A stretch of DNA of 62,793 bases, filler included, from Atractiella rhizophila (taxonomy: Eukaryota), in assembly GCA_021432655.1 (NCBI GenBank). It is 3 parts of 3 records of this genome, joined end to end, with 100 filler letters (N's around TTAATTAATTAA, not from the genome) between each part and the next. Parts side by side here need not be neighbours in the genome. Positions count along the whole stretch, not along the records: positions 29,775 to 59,431 come from MU271719.1; 2 more parts are not named here. The stretch is one strand, 5' to 3'. Within the stretch, counting starts at the first letter, position 1, and every line of letters begins with the position of its first letter. The position numbers were made by a program, and so were the translations under genes. The notes under the pieces are model-generated. The model was not told where the DNA came from and searched no databases. It was given only the letters and a program-made list of their open reading frames with translations. Below, piece after piece: positions 46,955 to 57,040 of this stretch.

Positions 46955-47145
46955 TGTTAGTTGTAGTGTGTTGTTTTGGTCATCTGCCTCTTATGACTCA
47001 TAAGAGTCATCACTATGTAGTTTAGTTTTGCCTAGGAGTGTTGGTGCTCATTATTGACCACCAACTACTCCTAGGTATGTCTCTCTATACTTCGTCAATG
47101 TGATTATTATTGACCACCAACTACTCCTAGCCTTAGATCCTTACA
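46955..47145 (+). repeat. copia LTR family B, copy B3 (5' LTR) followed by PBS and leader to ~47335
   Basis: TGTTAGTTG...TTACA|TGGTAGCGAGAG. Confidence 0.93.
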
Positions 47146-47335
47146 TGGTAGCGAGAGCTGGTGGCTAGGATTACATTTGGTCACACCTATCACCTTCCCC
47201 CTCCTCCAGACCACAATTTTCACCCTCCCACACTCAAATTTTGCTCAATTTCGATGATCAGAACAGATTTGTGACCCTCAAACGTTCCTTTACCACCTTA
47301 GAAGGTTTCTGGAATCAAGAAATATCGAAATCTAC

Positions 47336-48204
47336 CACCTGATCCTGACGTTCTTTCCACTCATCCAGTGGTCCCTGAGGCGGTTCCAACACGTTTTCCT
47401 TCCTCCTGACTTTGCAGAGCATCTCCCTCTCATCAAATTTCGCAATATCTCGAGTGTAGACCTTCTTAGACACTGGATCCCAGAAATCCCAGCCTTTAGC
47501 GCTGGTAGAGTAACCTATAAAGGCACATCTGCGTGTATGGGGATGCCAGACTGTGCCTTCTTTCGTCCTTCTGAACTTGGACATAGGCAGTAGAGCCTAG
47601 GACTCTGAAACCCAAAATATCGACCAGTTGCCCTGTCAATTTCGTGTGGGGAATGGAGTGATTGATGGAGGAAGAGGGGGATCTGTTCCTGATGTGAACC
47701 ACAGCCGAAGCAAGATGAGGCCAGAGGAATAGTGGCAAACCAGATTCCTCCAGTATCACCACCATCCCCTCCTGAATCGTCCTATTCGCTCTCTCTGCTC
47801 TCCCATTTTGATGAGGAGAGTTCCTAATCGTTTGCTCATGCTGGATGCCACAATTTCGAAGATATTCATCGAATTCTGTTGAGGAGTAGGTGCCTTCTTT
47901 GTCTTCCCTGAATCTCTTGATTTTCCTTCCAGTCAACGTCTCCATCATAGCTTTGTACTCCTTAAAGCGTTGAGGTGCTTCTGACTTCTTCCTGAGAAAA
48001 GCAATCGTCCAGTGGTTTGTTGCCCCGTCTATAAACGTCACCCAATAGCGACATCCTTCTCTTGAAGCAACTGGGAGTGGTCCATGAAGATCTGAGCTGA
48101 TCCTTCGTAAAATTTCCGTCTCCCTATTCTCTGCAGCCTTGTTGTAGATCCTATGTTGCTTCCCAGCTATGCAGGGCTCACAAATAGGGTCAGGAGCGTC
48201 TTCT
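47336..48204 (-). pseudogene. copia family A integrase fragment
   Basis: Near-identical to ~42855-43722 in reverse orientation; frameshift ~47535. Confidence 0.92.
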
Positions 48205-48395
48205 TGTTAGTTGTAGTGTGTTGTTTTGGTCATTTGCCTCTTATGACTCATATGAGTCATCACTATGTAGTTTAGTTCTGCCCAGGAGTGTTTGGTGCTC
48301 ATTATTGACCACCAACTACTCCTAGGTATGTCTCTCTATACTTTTCTAATGTCTCATTATTGACCACTAACTACTCCTAGCCTTAGATCCTTACA
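48205..48395 (+). repeat. copia LTR family B, copy B4
   Basis: TG...TTACA; left flank CTTCT, right flank CAAAG (no matching TSD). Confidence 0.92.
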
Positions 48396-48946
48396 CAAAG
48401 TACGCTTCCTCAAGGATGGAAATCTCTGTTTCACAGTGACAGTTGATCACAGGAGAGAAAGCATGAGTGCCATCATCAATGGAAGGACACAGGCAAGCGA
48501 AAGGATGGTTCTGAGGGTGGCCCATTTAAATGTGGATGCAAAGGTGTTGAAGTCGAATCCAGGACGCTAGGAGAACCCTTTGATAATGAATCTGGCCTTA
48601 TAACGCTCAATTGAGCCATCCAACTTCTTCTTGATAGCAAACACCCATCTGGATCCAATGACCTTTGCTCCCTTTGGTGGCTTTACCACCACCCAACTCT
48701 TGTTGTCCAAGTATGCTTGAACCTCCTTCACTGTCACCTCATGCCAGTGTTTTGCCTCTGGAGTCTTCATGGCTTCTGCATACATCTTGGGGATGTGTTC
48801 CTGTGTTCCTACAGCCATAGCATGCTCAGTGACCTTCATAAAACCATACTCCAACGCTTCAGGCTCCGTAATAATCCAACAATCCTTAGCCAGCATTGCC
48901 AACTTGTCCTCAGAGCTCTCCTCCTGTGGTTGTGGAAGCTTGGGTG
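48396..48946. pseudogene. Fused copia fragments: + strand post-protease piece (48396-48490) and - strand RT N-terminus (48484-48946)
   Basis: KVRFLKDGNLCF...SAIINGRT on + joined through the shared AGGACAC to ...ERYKARFIIKGFS on -. Confidence 0.85.
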
Positions 48947-48949
48947 TCT

Positions 48950-49889
48950 ATCCACCTTTCTCTGAATATGGCATCTTTTTTGTAAAGGTGGTGCGACTCG
49001 GGGTCAAGCTCAGGTACACAAAGCCCTTCTCTTACTACCATGTTGGATTAACCATTGACCTATAATGACTAGTCGTTTAGCTCAATGGTTAATAACAACT
49101 ACAACCCTCTACGGACTTCTTGGAATTCAAGCAGCTCCATCAACACCATCCTCAAACCGATGGTCAAACTGAGCAAGTCAGTCATGGGATTAAGACCTAC
49201 CTTCAGATTTTATCAACTATTGACAGGATGCCTCTGTAGAATGGTCCCCTATTGCAGAGATCTGCCACAACAATTGAGTTTACTCCTCCACTAGTCAGAC
49301 TCCCTTCAGACTTAACACTGATCAGCACCTTCAAATAGGACTTGAAGATTCACCTCCAATACTCAGGGAGTTACCCGATCAATTTTTTTCACTTATAAAG
49401 AAGTCAAATGAAGAAGCACAAGCTGCTTTAGAGAAGGCTGTTCAAGATATGACAAAATACTATGATCAAAACAGGGAACCAGGTCCTACATACAAGGTTA
49501 GAGACCTAGTCTGTCTGGATGCCAGGAACCTTAACTTGCTTTGCCCTGTCAACAAGCTTGATGACAAATGGCTTGGTCCTTTCCCTATTGCCAAGATTGT
49601 CTCTCCTGTTAACGTTTGTCTTACCCTCCCAGCTAGCATGTCTATCCATCTGGTACTTCATGTCTCTCTCATTCAAAAGGCTCCTCCACATATCCATCTT
49701 ACTGATTGACTAGACCCTGACATTATCACTGATAGAGAAGACCCTGAATACAAAGTGGGGAAAATACTTGAATCACAAAAATAATATAATGTTATTTGGG
49801 TCAGAACAATGAAGAAATGGGATGATCTGGAGAATGCTCAGGATGCTATCACACAGTTCTGTGTGAAGAATCCACAAGCACCCAGGTGA
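48950..49889 (+). mobile_element. Degenerate Ty3/gypsy chromovirus integrase-chromodomain relic
   Basis: HPQTDGQTEQV, KLDDKWLGPFPIAKIVS...IHLVLHVSLI (GPF module), chromodomain-like EYKVGKILES...WDDLENAQDAITQF..NPQAPR*. Confidence 0.85.
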
Positions 49890-50095
49890 GAAGATATTCA
49901 TCCTGAGCCTTTCCAACCTACAGACTCAAATCGGCGCCCTCTTAGAGAGAGGGTAAAGTGATGGGGCGCCATAAATCCTAAGAGCAATAAGCAATCCCAA
50001 TGGGCAGTTTGTCCATTCACTTACTAGGCTTTGACATCAACACACATTCTTTACTGCTTTACCTTGTCGGAACTCAGTCTTGAGAGGGTAGATAT

Positions 50096-50385
50096 TGTCA
50101 AGGTTTGCTTCTGAAGCATGACTCATATCCTGCAATATGTAGCAAATGGTCTAGAGGGTTGTGTTGGGCACGTGGCAAAAAGAATTAACAGTAGAATATG
50201 CTAGAATATTCTAGAACTTGTGTGGCTGTCTGTACATAAATATCACTGCCAATGGAGTGAGATATCCAGGTTGGTTCACTTAGGATATCCACTCTACTTG
50301 GCAGGTTAGTATCTCCCTTGTATCATTGTCATAATACTTAGGATATCCACCCCATTTGGCAGCCCCTCTACTTGATAGCCTTACA
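50096..50385 (+). repeat. Probable gypsy-type 3' LTR relic
   Basis: Purine tract TTGAGAGGGTAGA just upstream; termini TGTCAAGG...CCTTACA; no second copy in the window. Confidence 0.4.
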
Positions 50386-51292
50386 GAGTGTCAGCCCTAA
50401 CAGTGTGAACTTGGGACGACTTTGTCAAGTTCTTGCTCTCCAAACCCAATGATGGCATGCTTGTCAAACCTTGTGGCAACTTGAGGAAATTTAATCACTT
50501 TTGAATCAGTTTACCATTATCATAATTCTGGGCCATCAGGAGTGTTATGAAAAACCTGGAGTTGAGTTCTCATGCTCTGCAAGGCAGCTAAAATGCAGAT
50601 TGAGGTCTTTCGCAACATACTTTCCACTTTGTTCACAAAACACGAACTTGGCTTCTGCTGGACAATCTCCCATATTTCTCATTCACCTGAACCTCAATTG
50701 TTGCAAAAATATATGGCTTTCATTTTCATTGGGGCTGGCCATGTAGGTGTTGCCCTTGGGCATTGAAGAAGTTTATTACCATTGTTATATATAGACTTCA
50801 CAAGAAATGCATCCGGCAGAGGGCAGATATACCATATTGGAAATGCAGTACTCCTCAGCTACGACAAAAAGGCTTCTTTTCGGCACAAATTGAGCTAACT
50901 AGATAGATGGACTTGAGTGGTGATTTAGTCTACCTTGTAGGATAAAAGAATGATAATCGGACACACATGCGGAGAAAAAAAAGACCTGTTGACCTGTTAC
51001 ATTGATCCAAAATATCGAATGGATCTTGACAACAAACCTTTAATTAAGGCAACCTTTCATTATTTTCGTTCTAGCCAGTCCAAATATCCTTCCTTATCTT
51101 GCCATATGTCGGGATGGCATTCCAGAGATGTCTCAGTTGTTTCCATGGTGAAAACAGCAGAGGCCCGGTCATCTGCCTTTCCGTGATCCTACATTTGTTA
51201 CTGCTGAAGGATGCTACTTGCGCCATCATCTCACAAATGCTACGAGCCAAAATCGCACTCTCTAGCTGTGGTTACAAAGGCTTCGAGGGCAC

Positions 51293-53423
51293 CTATCCCA
51301 CGAAAGGGGAATACCGAGGGAAATAATCAGACATCTCGTCCAGATCTAAAGACCTTCTGACATCAAGATCTATCCCATTGCGCTCTTCATATTGTCCTTG
51401 CTTAGCTGCACTCGTTTTGTGGACATGTTTGCGGATAGCCTTGCAGGGTGCGATGGATCGGGATCGAGTTTGGCGCCTTCTCTCTAACGTTAGACCGCGT
51501 CTTTTATTCGTACCAATGCTAGTTCGTCCAACAATGTGGGCTTCGCCGTAATTAAGTCCTGCAAGGGAGGGCGAAATGATGGATGGGGCGGAAGAGGAGA
51601 GTGAGATGGTCTCAAATCCACGCGTGAAGGGACTAAGGGTCTGATTCGATCGCGCCAGAGTCGTAAGCTGAGCACACACTTCGCTCTTCTGAGGATTGAG
51701 CGTTATCTCATCCTCTGGCGCAAGTTGGGAATGCTCGGACGGTCGCCGCAATCGAGGACCGTTTAGGGGATGAGCACTGTATGAAAGCGGTGTGCCGCGG
51801 TAGGATGGTCGAGAATGAGGTAGATAAGGTTGAGAGGTGCCAATTGTCGACGAGGTACGCGAGCGTAAGTCGCTCTCCGAAAAGAAAAGCGCCGATTTTG
51901 CCTGATACGGTGTAGATCTCGTGTACAAATCAAGCCCAGGCAAAGACTGGCCTGGCCGATGCTCAGGCGAGTTCCAATACAACGAACTTGTGGAAATCGA
52001 TGTTGTCGAATGGGCCGTGTGAGAAGAACGATGAATAATTCGGGGTTTTGTTATCACGCCACCTCCGACCGCCGGTACTGTATCAAAATAGGTGTAATAG
52101 TCTCTTTCACTTGCCTGAGGCAAGGATCGAGTGGAGGAAAAATCCAAGCCGATGTGATCGGATTCGTCTACTACAAGGTCCTCCAGTCCGATTATGTCAA
52201 AAGGATCTTCTTTGCCTTTCCAGGAAGACCCTTCTTGGCGGTGATCTATGCCCTCTTCCGCATCGTCCTCCTCCTTGAGAACACTTCCCAATCCGCGCCT
52301 TGACTTCTGCCACAATTTCTTGTATGCTTCAAATCGACCATGCGTGGGCAAGCCTTCCGGTCGAAGCCCATATGTGGGGTCGTATTTCGCGATTTGTTCG
52401 GGAACCGACATCTCAGATGCTTGGTATTCCGGAGTTTCTGCGCTGGCAAGGCGGAAAGAAGGGACGAATGGTGATTCAACTGAGGACTTTTGATACGATG
52501 GTGACACTGACTGCGAAACATGATCGTCACGCACGCTAGGAACACTTGTTGAGCGCGCAGACTCGAGAGTAGGTCTAGAAACTTTTGCATGGGAGCCTCG
52601 TGGATGTAGCATTGGCTGAGGGGCCGCAAGCTCGTCCTTCTCCACTGGCACAGTTTCCGCGGGTACTGTCTTACCCGCCGCAATTTCACTTTGAATCCAG
52701 TTTCTACTAAGTTTGTGAATTAGCTCCGGCAGGTCGCCTCTGAACAGCTCCCGCAGCTGGCCTTCAATTTCCCTCTGAATGAAGCCTTTCATCACTTGGA
52801 TGTTGTCGAATGTAGACGAAACTTCGACAGACTGCAAGGGGTCGTTTTTAAAAACCATTGTGATTCCCTTTTGCTTGGAGACGACAAGGACGATCGTAGC
52901 GGATATACGAAGAGACGAGAGTCTAAGGTACATCGGGACCGTGAGAGGAGTGGACGCAAATAAGATGGAGGGCACAGAAGGTAAGTCGACAGTGGGCGGG
53001 CGAGGATGGTTGAGGGGGTTTGCCTGGACTTTAGTTTTGAGGACGATATGTGCATCGCCAGTATAATTAAGCTGAAAGATGCCTCTAAATCTGTCGAGAG
53101 CAATATCACCAATGCTTAGAATACGAAGCTCGGGCGGCTAGGCAGATGTGAGAAAAAAAAAGGAATGCACGCATGCGCACTATAGTACCCATGTTGAGCT
53201 CTTCCACTTCGATCTTGTCTAAGCTACCAGTTAACGCGCCTCTCTAAGAACAGGGAGGCGGCTCACCAGCTATGATGGGTGGCATTGGGCCACGGTTCAA
53301 CCCCTTGAGCAATACTGATCAACCATGGCTCACCAAAATCGAAGCCCTCACCTGGACGAGGATTTCGCTCGCCTTGGCATAAAAGTCGTCGGAAAAAGAC
53401 GGCCATTTGAAGGTGAATGACAT
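51293..53423 (-). CDS. MDM34: ERMES complex subunit Mdm34 (SMP domain)
   Basis: [11 protein letters not shown]..., [79 protein letters not shown]...LPELIHKLS; long disordered tail. Confidence 0.93.
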
Positions 53424-53554
53424 TGTTGACCAGAAGGTTGACTTGACCACATCTCACTCATCCAAGTTCAAGTGGATAGATAGATATCCTTTTCGCCCCT
53501 ACCCCTAGTTAGATCCACCAATATACTTTGTCAATCCTCCCGTATCGTATCCTC

Positions 53555-54626
53555 ATGAGTGGACTAGTCCAGCTTGTCTTACCCCGCCCAAACCGTAGCC
53601 ATAACCGTCTCTCTCCCCAAGGCCTCTCACATCCAGAAGTAATCGATCTTGAAAGTGACCGGGATGTGAACGAGGGCTTGGTCAGAGGAAGTAGGCAGCG
53701 CCGTGATTCAGATATTGTTCTGCTGGAGTCAAGAACTCGTCATGCCACGCGGCGCACGCCAAGTGTACCAATACATTGTGAGTGGGATTTCCTTTGGTCT
53801 TTCTGTCTGAACGTAGGCAGCAGTGGCGTACGAGTTGCGTGACTTTCCCTATGCCGATGTCAACAATAATCTTCATATCCGAGACGAGCCTCCGCTCCAA
53901 AGAGCTACAGCTCAACGTCCGAGAGTTCAAGGAGGACAGGCCAACCGACCCTACCTCACTCGTCTATCTAGTCGATTAGGAACTCGAAGAAGCCTGAGAC
54001 ATAACCCATACGATATCTTTTCAAACGCTCTCGCTGAGCACGACAGTTTTTTTCTCGAAGATGATTTCGTCTCGGATCCTGAACATTTAGGAATGCATAC
54101 TTCCTCGACGGTCGCGAACTCTGGACCTAAAAGAACCACTAGGAAATACAAGGTCTCGTCTAGTCATCCACGTCCCGTCTTGCCAGGCTTTAGTAAGGAC
54201 ATCCCATCTCCGGAGGAAGCCGCAAGTAAGCGGAAGAAGCGAGTGAGGAAGAGACCGAGAGGCCTTGACGTCGACGACCATTCGGATGTGAAATTTCCGG
54301 TGTGCGCATCTTGTCTCTTTAGGCTCTACTTAGAAGAGGCCGATTCAAAGCTCAAGAGCTTTACTTTGAAGTGCGGCCATGTTGTCTGCGGAGTCTGCAT
54401 GGCGGCTGCGAGACGCCGTTGCGAGGACGCGAAGCGAAATACTGGATGGGTGCCATATGGCGGAGGGAGGGGAAAGTCAGGGAAGGGGAAAGGGAGAGAA
54501 ATAGATGATCCTGATGGGGTGGATGAGAATTGGACTGTTTGCCCTGCCAGAGGGTGCCTTGGTGGAACGGATCTTCTGGCGAACGCAAAGGAACCTGAGA
54601 TGGCACCTTGGGAGCTGTTTGTATGA
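53555..54626 (+). CDS. SIM-containing RING-finger protein (Slx5/Slx8/RNF4-like candidate)
   Basis: N-terminal EVIDLES and DIVLLES; C-terminal CASC...LKCGHVVCGVC...CPARGC; one intron from ~53778. Confidence 0.65.
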
Positions 54627-54682
54627 ATTTCATTTCCGTTACTATCCGACTGCTGTTGGATGTACATCAGAGTGTCATATTC

Positions 54683-55436
54683 TCACTTCGGGCTCCGTTT
54701 CTGCTTGACTCGAGACTTTTTCGGGTAATGTGCACGGGTTTTTTGGAGGTCTGTAAACTTGCGACGGGTAAACGCTTGAGCTTGATCATCCTCAAGCAAG
54801 GCATCCACAAATGATTTGCGCTTGACAACCCGAACAGCCGCATTTGACGGTCTTGATTGCTCTGGCAGAATGTGCCCCAGCTAGTTGACCATGAGCGAAA
54901 CTTTCTGAATGGAATACACATTCACGAACAGCAAAGAATTCTCCCACTTCCTCCCTCTGTTCACTCTTGCGATAGTGCCGTTTTGTATCCGTTACTCGAT
55001 GCAATTTCATGGCCAGTAACTCTTTTTCCAGCCACGGTGTTCGAGCTGGGGTTGGTAAATTAAAATGCGAAGGACCAGCTGTTCGCGGCTGCAACTGCGA
55101 AGCATTCTTGAGGACTCTCGTTTTAGGAATTGAATGAAGCACTGACCTCTTTCCACTTCCTCTTACTCAGTCGAACTGGGTGTGATTCCTCGTATTTGAT
55201 GGTGCTTTCGAGCAAACTTACTTCCGAATGTTTGTCGGACGAAATCGAAGTAGCAAGAAGAGGAGGAGCTAGCCTAACGAGAAAACATGACATTTCCTCC
55301 AGCAGGTATAATAATCCCCTTACGAAACGAATGCTTCTTTTTGGATTTCTACGAATGCATCCCCCTGACTATTGTCCGCGTTCCTTTCAGCCTCCCTAGC
55401 TTGCTCCAAAAGACCTTTAAGAGATTCTTCGTCCAT
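54683..55436 (-). CDS. FCF2: Fcf2 pre-rRNA processing protein
   Basis: FNLPTPARTPWLEKELLAMKLHRVTDTKRHYRK...FFA|GHI...VDALLEDDQAQAFTRRKFTDLQ, basic C-terminus. Confidence 0.8.
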
Positions 55437-55584
55437 GTGGATCAGTTTCAAAGAAAACGCCAAATGCAAGCTCTCACTCAATCACCACCAATGCCAGTTA
55501 CTTTTTGATCAGAGTCAAACCTTAGCAGTTCCGCAACGTAGCCTTCATCCAACACAACTTCCATCTAGTCCATATTGCCTCAAG

Positions 55585-56940
55585 ATGCTGGGCAAATTCC
55601 AAAGTGCCGTAAAGAAAGCTCAGATTGAGGTTACAGCGTTAGTCCCCGCACCCCAATAGGGCGATTGTGATGGCGGGAAATAGATTTGGCAAGAAAGTCG
55701 GAGAGGGCCTCGATGATCACGGTAAACAGCTTGGGACGTCCATGAGCACGAATTTTAGCTTAGAAACCGAATGTTCTAAAGCCGCTCAAATACTTCGCTC
55801 TTTTGTTAGTCTTGCGCTTTGGGGTCTACTTCTACTTAACCAAACGGCAGCTCGCCGATCCTTCACATCCTGAATCTGCTCTTAACGCCATCCCAAAGGC
55901 CGTCCTAGCTCGAGCCAAAGGACTGGCCATATTTTCTGGTGCGCCGATGCCCCTTCTGATTCTCATTATCAACTCCGAGTAGTCTACAGTGCTGGCTTTG
56001 TTTGGAGCGGAAAGTGAGTTGAGAGCTGGATCTCTCAGTGTGGCTGACAAACAAACCTGATCAGAATCGGGTGCGTCCATGGGTCAGTCATGGGATTTAA
56101 TTGAATCGACCATCCAGTTCCGGGGTGGTGATTGCACGGTGAGTTATTCTGCTTTTGATGGTATAATTCGCTTATACACTTGCCTAGCTTACCTGACGGT
56201 ACGCAACGTCATTTCATTGCAGCTGCTACGATACCAATCTCACATTAGGAACCTGGTCTGCACCATCTACGATTGCCACTGGTGGCCTCGGTACGTTTCA
56301 CCAATGCTCAGATTTCCAGAATTCAGATTTCAAGGTTCTGTAGGATTCGGTCTTCAGTGCGTATCTGCTGCTTCTTTGAGCCCACTGATCACTCCAGAAA
56401 AGGATCGGTGCACAACTCAGCGAATTCGTTGTCGTTTTGAATTCAGACGACGCTGTGGCTTCCTTCTCGCAAGGTGGTAATGTAAGCCTTGGTGGTAATC
56501 TAGCTTGCGCGATCGGCCCAATTGGAACAGGAGGCGGAGTCAACGCCGCCCTGGTGCATCCTGCTCCCATGTTTTCATATTCAAAGAATAAAGGGCTTTT
56601 TGCTGGGCTATCGTGGGTTCACCTATTGGCCATTCCTGATTATGCTAACTAAATCTTAACAGGTTGGAAGGAACAGTTTTGATCGAGAGGAAGGACACGA
56701 ATCAAAAATTCTATGGGATGCAGATACCTGCTCGCGAACTTCTGTCCGGCAAAGTGCCACCTCCTGAAGCAGCTGCTTCTTTGTATGACCTCATTGGTAC
56801 TGTCCCCTTCATTTTCATTCAGATTAGCCCTGAGAGTTTTTGCAGAAGGGGCTTTGGATATTGATGAATCTGGTTTACCTGATGAAAGCTATGTCCCCCC
56901 TGTGTTTGACGCGGATCGTGATAGTTCAGTTGCAAAGTAA
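55585..56940 (+). CDS. SYLF/Ysc84 (DUF500) domain protein without an SH3 domain
   Basis: Spliced AIPKAVLARAKGLAIFS..AGFVWSGKIGSGVVIARLPDGTWSAPS...GFGLQIGAQLSEFVVVLN...FSYSKNKGLFAGLSLEGTVLIER; stop at 56938-56940. Confidence 0.9.
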
Positions 56941-57040
56941 CTGGAGCACCTGAGCAGCTGGTTGAGCGCAATGAAGTTTGTACAGGCTGTAAATATACAG
57001 ATGTGACAGGAGACCCAAAAACGAATGCGGCATGTGCGGT

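Noticed and set aside
34580..48400. Copia target-site preference for CTnnn/nnnAG
   Set aside because: Several flanks fit but others (GTGGC, TCAGT, CAGAA, ATGCA) do not, and the sample is too small.
50400..51290. Short ORFs between the gypsy relic and MDM34
   Set aside because: No recognisable motif or consistent exon chain.
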